From: Bacteroidales bacterium
Lineage (GTDB): Bacteria > Bacteroidota > Bacteroidia > Bacteroidales > BM520
Length of the DNA stretch: 64,000 bases
NCBI GenBank assembly: GCA_031276035.1
Contig: JAISNV010000028.1
Span: forward strand, 55,222-119,221
Reading direction: 5' to 3'
Shown here: positions 9,723-18,949 of the stretch, piece by piece
Numbering within the stretch: the stretch's first letter is position 1
Layout: every line of letters starts with the position of its first letter
Translations under genes and position numbers: made by a program
The notes under the pieces: model-generated
Databases searched by the model: none
Seen by the model: only the letters and a program-made list of their open reading frames with translations
What the model was told of the DNA's origin: nothing

Positions 9723-10286
9723 ATGAAAAATGTAAAATACTTTTTAATCGGCGTTCTGATATTAATAGGTTTTTCTCTTGCTGCACAATCGGAAGATCCG
9801 TTCAGAACTATTTCCGGCACATCAGGTTCTTTAAAAGTTCCCGAAACGAATGCTCCGGCAGAAGAAACCAAGACAAAAACAGTTGTCAGGGAGCGTAGTT
9901 GGAATGAAAAAGACATCGAAGTTTTAGATCCTCAACATAATAAAAGAATCGACAAAGTTAAGATTGAGAATATCCTTTCGGTTAATGTAATTTCATTAAT
10001 TGGTGATATTGACTCTCAAACAGTTGAACTTACCATTATATTTACAAATCATCAAACAAACAGAAACATTACAATTCATAACCTTACGGCTTATGATAAT
10101 CTCGGCGATTCAAACTCCGCATACGGAAAAACTTATGAAACATTTACAGATATTCCTATAAAAGCTACATTTACATTCAGAACTAAAGTTTTACCTTCAA
10201 AGGTTAGCAAAATGAATGTCATAAAGATTCCTTTCGGAGCAATTAAAGATGTTGAATTCAGGAATATCGATATTGACTGGCGTTAA
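9723..10286 (+). CDS. exported hypothetical protein (187 aa, beta-rich)
   Basis: Signal peptide ending SLAAQ-SEDP. 22 nt after the preceding stop. No motif recognised. Confidence 0.5.
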   Translation: MKNVKYFLIGVLILIGFSLAAQSEDPFRTISGTSGSLKVPETNAPAEETKTKTVVRERSWNEKDIEVLDPQHNKRIDKVKIENILSVNVISLIGDIDSQTVELTIIFTNHQTNRNITIHNLTAYDNLGDSNSAYGKTYETFTDIPIKATFTFRTKVLPSKVSKMNVIKIPFGAIKDVEFRNIDIDWR

Positions 10287-10383
10287 CAATTGACATGATT
10301 AACAAATAAGTAAATTTCGAATAAGTTTTTAAATTATATAACCTAAACTATAAAAATTATTAACCATTAAAATTATATTGATT

Positions 10384-10956
10384 ATGAAAAAAATCTCTTT
10401 ATTTTTTGTATGTGCTTGCATTATAGCAAGTTTCTCGATGGTTTCATGTAAATCATCAAAATCTATATCCAAAGCTACAAAAGCTACGGAAATTGAAGTA
10501 CCGTTTTCCGGCAAGGAATACAAAAGCGATGCAAATTTCTTTAGAGCATCTCAAGTAGGAAGAAGTACTGATTTGGCAACAGCTAAAAAGATTGCTTTGG
10601 CAAATGCAAGAGCTGGAATGGCTCAAGAAGTTCAACAATTAGTTCAAAATGTGGTTAGTCAATATGTTAACCAAAGATCTATCAGTAACAAACAAGAGTA
10701 CGAAAGTAAATTCGAAGAATTGTCGGTATTGGTTACCAAACAAATGCTAAACAACACAAAAACTATGGCAGAAAAAACTTTTATTGAAAAAGACAAAAGT
10801 TATTCTTATTGGGTAGTTGTTGAAATGAGCAAAACGGAATTACTGGGTGGTATTGAAGATAAAATTACCAAAGACGAAAAATTACAACTTGATTTCGATA
10901 AATATCAATTTGAAAAGATATTTAATGAAGAAATGAAGAAGTTTGAAAACAAATAG
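10384..10956 (+). CDS. LPP20-family-like lipoprotein
   Basis: Lipobox FSMVSC. FFRASQVGRSTDLATAKKIALANARAGMAQEVQQLVQNVV matches the LPP20-type helix pattern. The track start at 10378 is TTG; the ATG at 10384 is preferred. Confidence 0.55.
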   Translation: MKKISLFFVCACIIASFSMVSCKSSKSISKATKATEIEVPFSGKEYKSDANFFRASQVGRSTDLATAKKIALANARAGMAQEVQQLVQNVVSQYVNQRSISNKQEYESKFEELSVLVTKQMLNNTKTMAEKTFIEKDKSYSYWVVVEMSKTELLGGIEDKITKDEKLQLDFDKYQFEKIFNEEMKKFENK

Positions 10957-11014
10957 ATCGGAACAGAAAAGATAAAGATATACCTTTACTTTTCTCTCCT
11001 TCTATTTTTATTTC

Positions 11015-11062
11015 AAAAAGCCGAAATAGCCATGAAGAATTTCATGGCTATTTCGGCTTTTT
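11015..11062. terminator. strong bidirectional rho-independent terminator (22-bp perfect inverted repeat, 4-nt loop)
   Basis: aaaaagccgaaatagccatgaa (11015-11036), loop gaat, then ttcatggctatttcggcttttt (11041-11062). An A-tract lies on one side and a T-tract on the other. Confidence 0.8.
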
Positions 11063-11310
11063 ATTTTTATTTTATTTGTAATTTTTAAATTTACTTTTTA
11101 TCTTTGACCGATATTTTAATATATCATTAATTAATAAAGAAATTGAGAAAAATATGGTTAAAACTACAACACAAAATCGACTAATATTTTAAGAAAATTT
11201 ATCGTAAATATTGCATATATTTTTTTATTTTCTTTTATTTATTAAAAATCTTTGATAACCATAATACAATAAACAATATAAATAAAAATACTAACTAAAA
11301 ATTTAAAATT

Positions 11311-12228
11311 ATGGGACGAATTAATGACAGTAAACATGTTAATGCCGCAATCGAAAATATTGCAGAACAAACAAAGGTAACAACAGCTAATGAAGCTATT
11401 ACCAGACTCGGTATAGGAGGAGGACTTGTTTACATGGAAGCTGATCCGTATATCGGTGATCCGTACGCTTTATTAGGGCAAGTTATTTTGATAAAAACGA
11501 TTGACGGCAGTATTCCAACTTCTTTAAATGATTTTAATTTAAATTTCGAATTTTTTGCTTATCCTATTCAGGGCATTAAAATAAATGAAAATTCAAAATT
11601 GAAGCAACCTACATTAAGACAATCAATTATCGTTGATAAAAATTTATCATCAAGTATTTCTTTTTTATCTTACTTATCGGCCCAGCTTGATGCGAACAGT
11701 CACTTCTCTTTAATGGTTTATGATCAGGCTGCAGGACTTATCGACCAGCAAGATTTATCATGGAAAAACGGATTGAAACAATGGCAGGAAGAGCACAAAG
11801 AATTATTTGACGACCCAAGTGTATATAGTCTGTTTGTTATTACAGGATTTTCTCAGAAAAATATTATCAAAAAGAAGTATATTAAATATAACGGAACAAC
11901 AAAAGGAGGTTATGTCGGTATTAATATCAATGGAGAATTATCCACTTCCACAGAAGAATATTCATTAGATATACGTTTCGGGCTACATCCTGTGATTTTA
12001 AAACATATACCTAGAACTAATCATATAAATGAACCTGCCTCCTTATATAAAACAGACTCTACAAAAGGGAATTTCAGAGGTATAATGCCTGACCGCGAGA
12101 TCTCAAGCAATATAATAGAAAATTTAGTAACTGACGAAATGTTACTTTCTAATATATTGGAAGGAGCAAGAATTAAGGACAGGGCTATAAAAATAACTAA
12201 TAATAACTTACTCGATTTTGTCGATTAA
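11311..12228 (+). CDS. hypothetical cytoplasmic beta-rich protein; possible gasdermin-like (bGSDM-type) pore-forming domain with a 73-aa C-terminal tail
   Basis: 305-aa ATG ORF with no signal peptide, TM segment or Cys. Colinear by-eye matches to the gasdermin N-domain (see finding). The CDS itself is confident; the functional call is tentative. Confidence 0.45.
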   Translation: MGRINDSKHVNAAIENIAEQTKVTTANEAITRLGIGGGLVYMEADPYIGDPYALLGQVILIKTIDGSIPTSLNDFNLNFEFFAYPIQGIKINENSKLKQPTLRQSIIVDKNLSSSISFLSYLSAQLDANSHFSLMVYDQAAGLIDQQDLSWKNGLKQWQEEHKELFDDPSVYSLFVITGFSQKNIIKKKYIKYNGTTKGGYVGININGELSTSTEEYSLDIRFGLHPVILKHIPRTNHINEPASLYKTDSTKGNFRGIMPDREISSNIIENLVTDEMLLSNILEGARIKDRAIKITNNNLLDFVD

Positions 12229-12267
12229 CCAACAAAATTGACGTTTACATAAAAATATAAATTGAGG

Positions 12268-13200
12268 ATGAAAAATTTTAAAACAATTACAATATTCCTG
12301 ATAGTTTTATTACTCGGAATATTTTCAGCAAATGCACAAAACAACAAAGACGATTACCATCCATTAGTGGAAGAAGGGAAAGTGTGGAGTATATTGACTG
12401 CCAAATGGGACTGGCCTACACCGGAAAATCCTACGGGCTTATTTGACTATAATACACAATATTATATGTTTTATGGTGATACGAGTATTAATGAAAGTGA
12501 CTACAAAAAAATTTACACATCTTCAAAAGAAGAACATATTTTTCCGAATGATTGGAATTTGTATAATAGCTTTATGAGAGAGGATAATGATCGAAAAGTG
12601 TGGTGTTTAAGAAGTAGTGCATGGGGAAATCAATGGGAAGAATTATTATTTGACTTTTCTCTTCAAATTAATGATACAATAGATAATAATATGGTTCCTC
12701 CCCTTATTGTCGACGATATTATATACAAAACTATGCAAAATGGCGAAGAGCGTAAAGTCTATTTATTTTCTACTGGTGGCCAAGTTATTACTGACTATTG
12801 GATCGAAGGAATTGGTAGTAATGTAGGATTATTTATAACATTTAGCCACAGTATTGCTGGAGGCCTATATGACATGTTGTGTTTTCATGAAAATGGAGAA
12901 TTGCTTTTCCTTAACGAAACTTATCAAACATGCTATAAAAATACTTTAAATATAGTTGATTATGATGCTACTTTCGATATTTTTCCAAATCCGGCAAATG
13001 ATATAATATATATTAATAACACAAAAAATATAAATATTAATTGCATATTATTAATAAATAGTAACGGACAAATAATAAGGCAATGCGAACCAAATACAGA
13101 TCAAATTAATATTTCAAATATTTCTCCGGGAATATATTTTATAAAGCTATCTGCTAATAACGGTGAACATATTATTAAAAAAGTTGTAATAGAGAAATAA
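12268..13200 (+). CDS. T9SS C-terminal-sorting-domain secreted protein of unknown function
   Basis: Signal peptide ending SANAQ. C-terminal ~75 aa (FPNPANDIIYINN...PGIYFIKL...KKVVIEK) match the type-A Por/T9SS sorting domain. TTG at 12262 in the track; ATG at 12268 preferred. Confidence 0.75.
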   Translation: MKNFKTITIFLIVLLLGIFSANAQNNKDDYHPLVEEGKVWSILTAKWDWPTPENPTGLFDYNTQYYMFYGDTSINESDYKKIYTSSKEEHIFPNDWNLYNSFMREDNDRKVWCLRSSAWGNQWEELLFDFSLQINDTIDNNMVPPLIVDDIIYKTMQNGEERKVYLFSTGGQVITDYWIEGIGSNVGLFITFSHSIAGGLYDMLCFHENGELLFLNETYQTCYKNTLNIVDYDATFDIFPNPANDIIYINNTKNININCILLINSNGQIIRQCEPNTDQINISNISPGIYFIKLSANNGEHIIKKVVIEK

Positions 13201-13368
13201 CATGAATATGAAAGAATTGCACAAATAATATTTTTAAATTATTAAATTAAACTTAAAAAAGGTTCCAACTCTATCAATATAATTCATTATTAAAAGAGAA
13301 GTATATATACTTACAAAACTGTAGTAAAAGATAAGATTATTTCCGGTAAAGGTGAAGTTAATCACAAT

Positions 13369-13398
13369 AAAAAAGCCCTTATTGCTAAGGGCTTTTTT
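13369..13398. terminator. bidirectional rho-independent terminator between convergent genes
   Basis: aaaaaagccctta (13369-13381), loop ttgc, then taagggctttttt (13386-13398). Abuts the stop codon of the minus-strand gene at 13400. Confidence 0.75.
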
Positions 13399-13399
13399 A

Positions 13400-15484
13400 T
13401 TAATCTATATAAAACGGATTAAGAGGCAGCGATGAGTAATTTTTACTTAAATACAACATTTGCTCTACATAATCATCGGGATATGAAACGGTAATATTTT
13501 TCAGGATACCTTCGCCGTCGTAAACTTTGGTCAGAACCGGATTAATAAAGCCGCCGTAAGGAGCAAGATTCAATGCTTTGTATCGGGCAAGTATTTCTTC
13601 GTGTAAAACCGGATCAATGTTTACTGCGTAAGTATCAATTAAAGCAGCACCGGCATTATAATCGCCTTCCGATTTAATTCTCTGGATTTCAGCTAAAAGT
13701 TCTCCAAATAGTTCACGAACTTTCTTATAATCGTTAATCTTAACGTAAGTTTTACCGTCTTTCTGATACATTGAAATAACATTATCGGCTTTTCCGTGTT
13801 CATAAGTCCAGCGTGAAATTAAAGCTCTACATCTCATATGAGCTTGATCAATTGTTCTTCCCGGTTGGATACGGGTAATCTGAGTCAGAATTCCATTGCG
13901 GATATAACCATCATATTCTGCTTTATAAGCTTCTTTATCCGGAAGTAATCCCAATTCAATCATTTTATCATCTGCCAGATAATACAGGGCAAATAAATCG
14001 GCACGAGCTTCTTCAAGAGCAGAAGAATGGTTTTTTAAAGCGTTCGGATCAGTTCCGACTAAAAGCTGACCGCTGCCATGTCCTAAACATTCATGTAAAT
14101 CGGTATGTAGATTATCTGTTGCGGAACTGTATTTTTTAGCTCGTGCTATTTCGGCCTCATCTGCCGCAAATTCCTGCAAGGTACCTCCTGTTTGTAGTGA
14201 AGCTTGAGCGTAAGCATGAGTGAGATTAGTAATAGTAACTGATTTTGAACCGTAATCTTTTCTGATCCAATCGGCATTCGGAAGATTAATTCCTATCGGA
14301 GGTGCCGGAAAACAGTCGCCACCGAGAGCAACAGCATTTATAGCTTTGGCGCTAACTCCTTTAACTTCTGATTTTTTAAATTGAGCAGCTATCGGACTAT
14401 GATCTTCAAACCATTGAGCATTTACACTAATTAATTCCGTTTTGGCAGTAGCATCCATATCTTTAAAATTAACTACCGATTCCCAAGTAGCTTTAATTCC
14501 CAAAGGATCTCCATAAGTTTCAATAAATCCGTTAACATAATCTACGCACGGTTCGGTGTTTTGTACCCATATTACATTGTACTCATCCCAAGTTATTAAG
14601 TTACCGGTTTTGTAATACTCAATCAATTTTCCTATTTCTTCTTGTTGTGTAGGAGTTTCAGCCAATTTTGCAGCTTTTTCCAAATTTTCAATTATTTTAA
14701 TAATAGCCTGATCATATAATCCGCCTAATTTATATGTAAATTCAATAATTTGACCTGTTTTGGGATCCTTAATAAGTTTAGAGTTTAATCCTTTCGATAT
14801 CGGTCTGTTTTCATCAGGAAGAGGCATTCTGTTATAAAAATCCACAACTTCTTTCTCTGTCAAATTTTCATAGAAATTAACCGCTGATTCGGCGATAATA
14901 TCAACCCCAGTTGTTGTATTATTTTTTGAAGCATATAAATTCGGATCGAAAATAACTTTACACAATCTATCAACAAAAGCAGTAGTTTTAATTCCTTCCG
15001 GCATTGCAACCAAAGCTCTTTCGGAATTTGAGATAAGATTTCTGAAATATTCTTCCGAAAATCCCGGAACAAATTTATCATTAGAATAATGGTGATGGAT
15101 TCCATTAGCAAACCAAACTTTTTTCAAATATTTTTCAAATTCCAGCCATTCTTTAGATGTTTTATCACCTTGATAACTTGTATAAACGCCTTCAAGAGTT
15201 TTTCTAATCAAAAGATTATGTTTAAAAAACTGGTCGGTAACAATATCGCGTCCCCAATAAGCGGCTTCAGTCAAATAATAAACAAACTCTTTCTGTTTCA
15301 GACTGAGACTTTCCCAATCGGGAATTTGATATCTCATAATACGTATATCATCAAACTGGTCGATTTGCCATTTGAAGTCGTCATGTGCTTGTTCTTTCTT
15401 TTCTTTTGATGTAGCATTAGCACATGAAGAAAGAAATGTAATTCCAATAATTATCATTGTACTTATGTTTAAAATTCTTTTCAT
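13400..15484 (-). CDS. dipeptidyl-peptidase III family metallopeptidase (M49), lipoprotein
   Basis: 694 aa. Lipobox FLSSC. M49 zinc motifs HECLGH (HExxGH) and EEARAD (EExRA[ED]). Confidence 0.85.
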   Translation of the reverse strand: MKRILNISTMIIIGITFLSSCANATSKEKKEQAHDDFKWQIDQFDDIRIMRYQIPDWESLSLKQKEFVYYLTEAAYWGRDIVTDQFFKHNLLIRKTLEGVYTSYQGDKTSKEWLEFEKYLKKVWFANGIHHHYSNDKFVPGFSEEYFRNLISNSERALVAMPEGIKTTAFVDRLCKVIFDPNLYASKNNTTTGVDIIAESAVNFYENLTEKEVVDFYNRMPLPDENRPISKGLNSKLIKDPKTGQIIEFTYKLGGLYDQAIIKIIENLEKAAKLAETPTQQEEIGKLIEYYKTGNLITWDEYNVIWVQNTEPCVDYVNGFIETYGDPLGIKATWESVVNFKDMDATAKTELISVNAQWFEDHSPIAAQFKKSEVKGVSAKAINAVALGGDCFPAPPIGINLPNADWIRKDYGSKSVTITNLTHAYAQASLQTGGTLQEFAADEAEIARAKKYSSATDNLHTDLHECLGHGSGQLLVGTDPNALKNHSSALEEARADLFALYYLADDKMIELGLLPDKEAYKAEYDGYIRNGILTQITRIQPGRTIDQAHMRCRALISRWTYEHGKADNVISMYQKDGKTYVKINDYKKVRELFGELLAEIQRIKSEGDYNAGAALIDTYAVNIDPVLHEEILARYKALNLAPYGGFINPVLTKVYDGEGILKNITVSYPDDYVEQMLYLSKNYSSLPLNPFYID

Positions 15485-15542
15485 ACGAATATAAATTTAA
15501 ATTGTTAACTTATGATTTAATATTATTTAATAAGATATTTAT

Positions 15543-17702
15543 TTATTCTACGATGAGCATTTCATCCAATAAATGTCCTGCACCTGCAAATTTATCAATA
15601 ATAAACAAGCAATAGCGAATATCGAGAGTAATATTTCTGCATCTATCTGGGTCATACATAATATCACTCATTGTACTCTGCCAACATCTATCGAAATTCA
15701 ATCCGACAAGTTCACCGTTTGCATTTAAAACAGGAGAACCGGAATTTCCTCCAGTAGTATGATTAGAAGCTATAAAACACACACGCATATTGCCGCCTTT
15801 GTCTGCATACCTGCCATAATCCTTATTATTATACAACTCTTTCAATTTATTCTCAACAACATAATCATAAATATTAGGATCTTCTTTTTCCATAATACCT
15901 TCAATAGTTGTATAAGGAAGGTAATTCACCGCATCTTGCGGATTAAATCCGGCAACATTGCCGTAAGCCACACGTAAAGTAAAATTTGCATCAGGATAAA
16001 AAACTTTATCTTTTTCAAACTCCATCTGAGCTTTCATATAGAAGCGCATAGTACTGTCAATTTCAGCCTGATATTTTGCCAAATTAGGATAAATATTTTC
16101 TCTATACATTGAGAATAAACTGGAATAAATAACGTACGCAGGATCCTTTTCAATTTTTTTATATTGTGATGGTTTATAATTATTAATAAAATCCGTAAGT
16201 TTTTCTTTATTACTAAACATTGAATTATCAAAAATATAGTCGGCAAACCTATCAAAATCACCATTAAACTTCTTTTCAACAGTTAAAAAGAAATCGGGCA
16301 TCAAATCTCTGTCAATATTATCATAATAAATCTTAAGCAACACAGGGGCTAATTCTCTGTCAATTGTTTGATTATAATCTTTGAAAAACGATTCTATATT
16401 AGATTTGGATGTGTTGAGTAATTTATTCATAGTTTCGGCATCATCGCTTTTTTCTTTTGAATTCTGGACGAGTGAAGCGAATCTTCGGGCAAAACTTACC
16501 AATTCTATTCCTAATCCGGCTTCATAGAAATATTTGTATGCAACTTTATACGGAATAATATTTTCGTAGGAAGTGTTTAAGGTATTGATAATAGAAGAAT
16601 AATTCGGATTGATACTTTGAGTAACGGCCCATTGATTAAACTCTTTTTCATAATCAAGTTTTTTCTGAACTCCGTTAATTCTATTAACGCCCTGCGACTC
16701 TCCTATCCATTTTTTCCAGCCGTTTGCAATACCTGCAATTTTATTTGCATACTGAATTCTAATCAGTGGATCTCTTTCCGAATAAGCATTCATTACATTC
16801 AATTTTTTATCTCTAATACCGATAGCTATAGGATTTTCAATTTCAGTAATACTTTTAACGGCGATTGCCGGAAGATATTCATTGGTAGTTCCGGGATATC
16901 CGAAAACGAATGTAAAATCGTCTTCTTCAACTCCTGCAAGAGAAATTTTAAGGAAGTTTTTAGGAGTGTAAGGTTTATTATCTGCAGAATAATTTGCAGG
17001 AAGATTATCATTATCGGCATATATTCTAAAAACAGCGAAATCGCCGGTATGCCGCGGCCACATCCAATTATCGGTATCACCGCCGAATTTCCCTATATTC
17101 GAAGGAGGCGCACCAACCAAACGAATGTCTTTAAATATTTCATATATAAATAGAAAATATTGATTTCCATAATAGAATTCTTCGACAATTGATTTGTAGT
17201 TAGCATCTTTTACTGCATCTTCCGTAATTTTTTTAATATTCTCATTTAATATTTTTTCACGTTCTGCTTGCGACATATTATCATTAACTCCAGCAAGTGC
17301 TTCTTCAGTAACTTCCTGCATGCTTACAAGGAAGCTTACTGTGAGTCCGGGACAATACAATTCTTCACTTCTATTCATTGCCCAGAAACCATCGGTAAGA
17401 TAATCGTTTTCAAGAGAACTGTGACGTTGAATATTGCCGTAACCGCAATGATAATTAGTAAGCAGCAATCCTTCATTAGAAACAACTTCACCGGTACAAC
17501 CACCGCCGAATATTACGATAGCATCCTTAAGACTTGCCTGATTGACAGAGTAAATATCTTCAGCTGAAATTTTCATTCCCATTTCCTGCATTTCCTTTTC
17601 ATTCAATTGTTGAAGTAAAATAGGCAACCACATTCCTTCTTTTGAGAAAGAAATATTAATCATAAAAAATCCGGCAAGAAACAGTAATAAAGCTTTTTTC
17701 AT
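15543..17702 (-). CDS. S46 family dipeptidyl-peptidase (DPP7/DPP11-type)
   Basis: 719 aa. Signal peptide then KEGMWLP. Catalytic His context TNYHCG; catalytic Ser context TTGGNSGSPV. Confidence 0.85.
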   Translation of the reverse strand: MKKALLLFLAGFFMINISFSKEGMWLPILLQQLNEKEMQEMGMKISAEDIYSVNQASLKDAIVIFGGGCTGEVVSNEGLLLTNYHCGYGNIQRHSSLENDYLTDGFWAMNRSEELYCPGLTVSFLVSMQEVTEEALAGVNDNMSQAEREKILNENIKKITEDAVKDANYKSIVEEFYYGNQYFLFIYEIFKDIRLVGAPPSNIGKFGGDTDNWMWPRHTGDFAVFRIYADNDNLPANYSADNKPYTPKNFLKISLAGVEEDDFTFVFGYPGTTNEYLPAIAVKSITEIENPIAIGIRDKKLNVMNAYSERDPLIRIQYANKIAGIANGWKKWIGESQGVNRINGVQKKLDYEKEFNQWAVTQSINPNYSSIINTLNTSYENIIPYKVAYKYFYEAGLGIELVSFARRFASLVQNSKEKSDDAETMNKLLNTSKSNIESFFKDYNQTIDRELAPVLLKIYYDNIDRDLMPDFFLTVEKKFNGDFDRFADYIFDNSMFSNKEKLTDFINNYKPSQYKKIEKDPAYVIYSSLFSMYRENIYPNLAKYQAEIDSTMRFYMKAQMEFEKDKVFYPDANFTLRVAYGNVAGFNPQDAVNYLPYTTIEGIMEKEDPNIYDYVVENKLKELYNNKDYGRYADKGGNMRVCFIASNHTTGGNSGSPVLNANGELVGLNFDRCWQSTMSDIMYDPDRCRNITLDIRYCLFIIDKFAGAGHLLDEMLIVE

Positions 17703-17863
17703 AATTTATATATGTTTTTAATTTTTAGTAATCATAAAGTTTTGGAGGTGAGTTCTGAAACGTTATTCCGAATGAAAGATATTATAAACTATGATAATTA
17801 TTGGCCAAGTTATATAAATTTTTGTTTCTTTCGGAATGACGATTATAAATTTTCAAAACACTT

Positions 17864-18949
17864 TCAATTTCTACTTTTCAAAAGATGTAAAGGTCGCAAC
17901 ACGGCATCAAAAGAAAAGTATTGCATCATTACAAAATCATCGTCATACAATACATTACCATTTTCATCAGTAAATCTGGAAGGTTTATTAACCCAGGCAT
18001 AGAGTCTGTCTCTATCATAGTCATTGTCTTCCAACTCATAATTGTAATACCACAATCTATATGTTTTTACTGTTGTTTCCTCACCATATTTATCTATCAA
18101 TGTAAGAACATGCGCTGGTTCCGTAAGCTTAATAGAATCAATGAGAGCAACGAGAGCAGTGTCGGTTTCACTAAATAAGTATTCATATCTGATATTTGCG
18201 AAAGAGCTCATTAAATCTATCATTCTCAGGGTATCATAAGGAACTTGAATATTATCCGGATAAGTTTTCAGGATAAAATTTCTTGAATCTGGATTTTCAA
18301 TAACATACGAATCTTTCGGATATTCGTTATCGATATATCTAAAAGAAGAAATTTGTGGTATTCTATAATTAAATACAATATGAGCGCGCCAACTAGCCGG
18401 ATCGGTTGTAAAATAAGGAGAAACATATCCTCTATAACCGGGAATATAAACTACGTAAGGTCTGTTCGAACCTTCATTAATCATATAGGTACCCATGCTA
18501 TCTTTTGTACTTTCGCCAACATAAAAAGCTTTTAGCAACTTGTTTTTAACCGGAAACAACTTAATACCGAGAAAATCTATTTTATAACCTTTTCCATAGA
18601 ACTCCACTTTTTTTCCTTTAGTTGCTAAGAGAGATATTACATTATCGTAAGACGAGCGCGATACCGGTTCACGCACCTGAAGTTTGCGAACTATTGCCAA
18701 CAGATTTCTTACTTGTTCATCCATAGCATAATATCTTCCGTCAACAGTCCAAAAAGAACCGTCTTTCTCCAGAAGAACAGAATTATTTGATTTATCAACC
18801 ATAAATATTTTATCAATGTCGTCAATATTTTCGATTGAAAAGATTTTATCCTTATTTTTATCGTCAATATTTTTAAGAATAAGAATTGCGGCCGCAATTA
18901 TAACAACAATAATAAAAATTACGGTAAATATTTTAGTTTGTTTTTTCAT
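17864..18949 (-). CDS. membrane-anchored protein, probable DUF4340 family (GldG-associated)
   Basis: 361 aa with an N-terminal TM anchor. Its position downstream of gldF-gldG matches the usual Bacteroidota synteny. Family assignment is from synteny and memory, not a motif. Confidence 0.5.
   Translation of the reverse strand: MKKQTKIFTVIFIIVVIIAAAILILKNIDDKNKDKIFSIENIDDIDKIFMVDKSNNSVLLEKDGSFWTVDGRYYAMDEQVRNLLAIVRKLQVREPVSRSSYDNVISLLATKGKKVEFYGKGYKIDFLGIKLFPVKNKLLKAFYVGESTKDSMGTYMINEGSNRPYVVYIPGYRGYVSPYFTTDPASWRAHIVFNYRIPQISSFRYIDNEYPKDSYVIENPDSRNFILKTYPDNIQVPYDTLRMIDLMSSFANIRYEYLFSETDTALVALIDSIKLTEPAHVLTLIDKYGEETTVKTYRLWYYNYELEDNDYDRDRLYAWVNKPSRFTDENGNVLYDDDFVMMQYFSFDAVLRPLHLLKSRN

Noticed and set aside
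15089-17567. Plus-strand ORFs 15089-15409, 15759-15977, 16617-17153 and 17268-17567, and alternate-frame minus-strand ORFs, within the M49 and S46 peptidase genes.
   Set aside because: These are antisense or alternate-frame shadows of well-supported peptidase genes. They have no start context or motifs.
17712-18002. 96-aa plus-strand ORF spanning the S46/DUF4340 intergenic region and the 3' end of the DUF4340-like gene.
   Set aside because: It overlaps a better-supported convergent gene and has no promoter box or recognisable sequence features.
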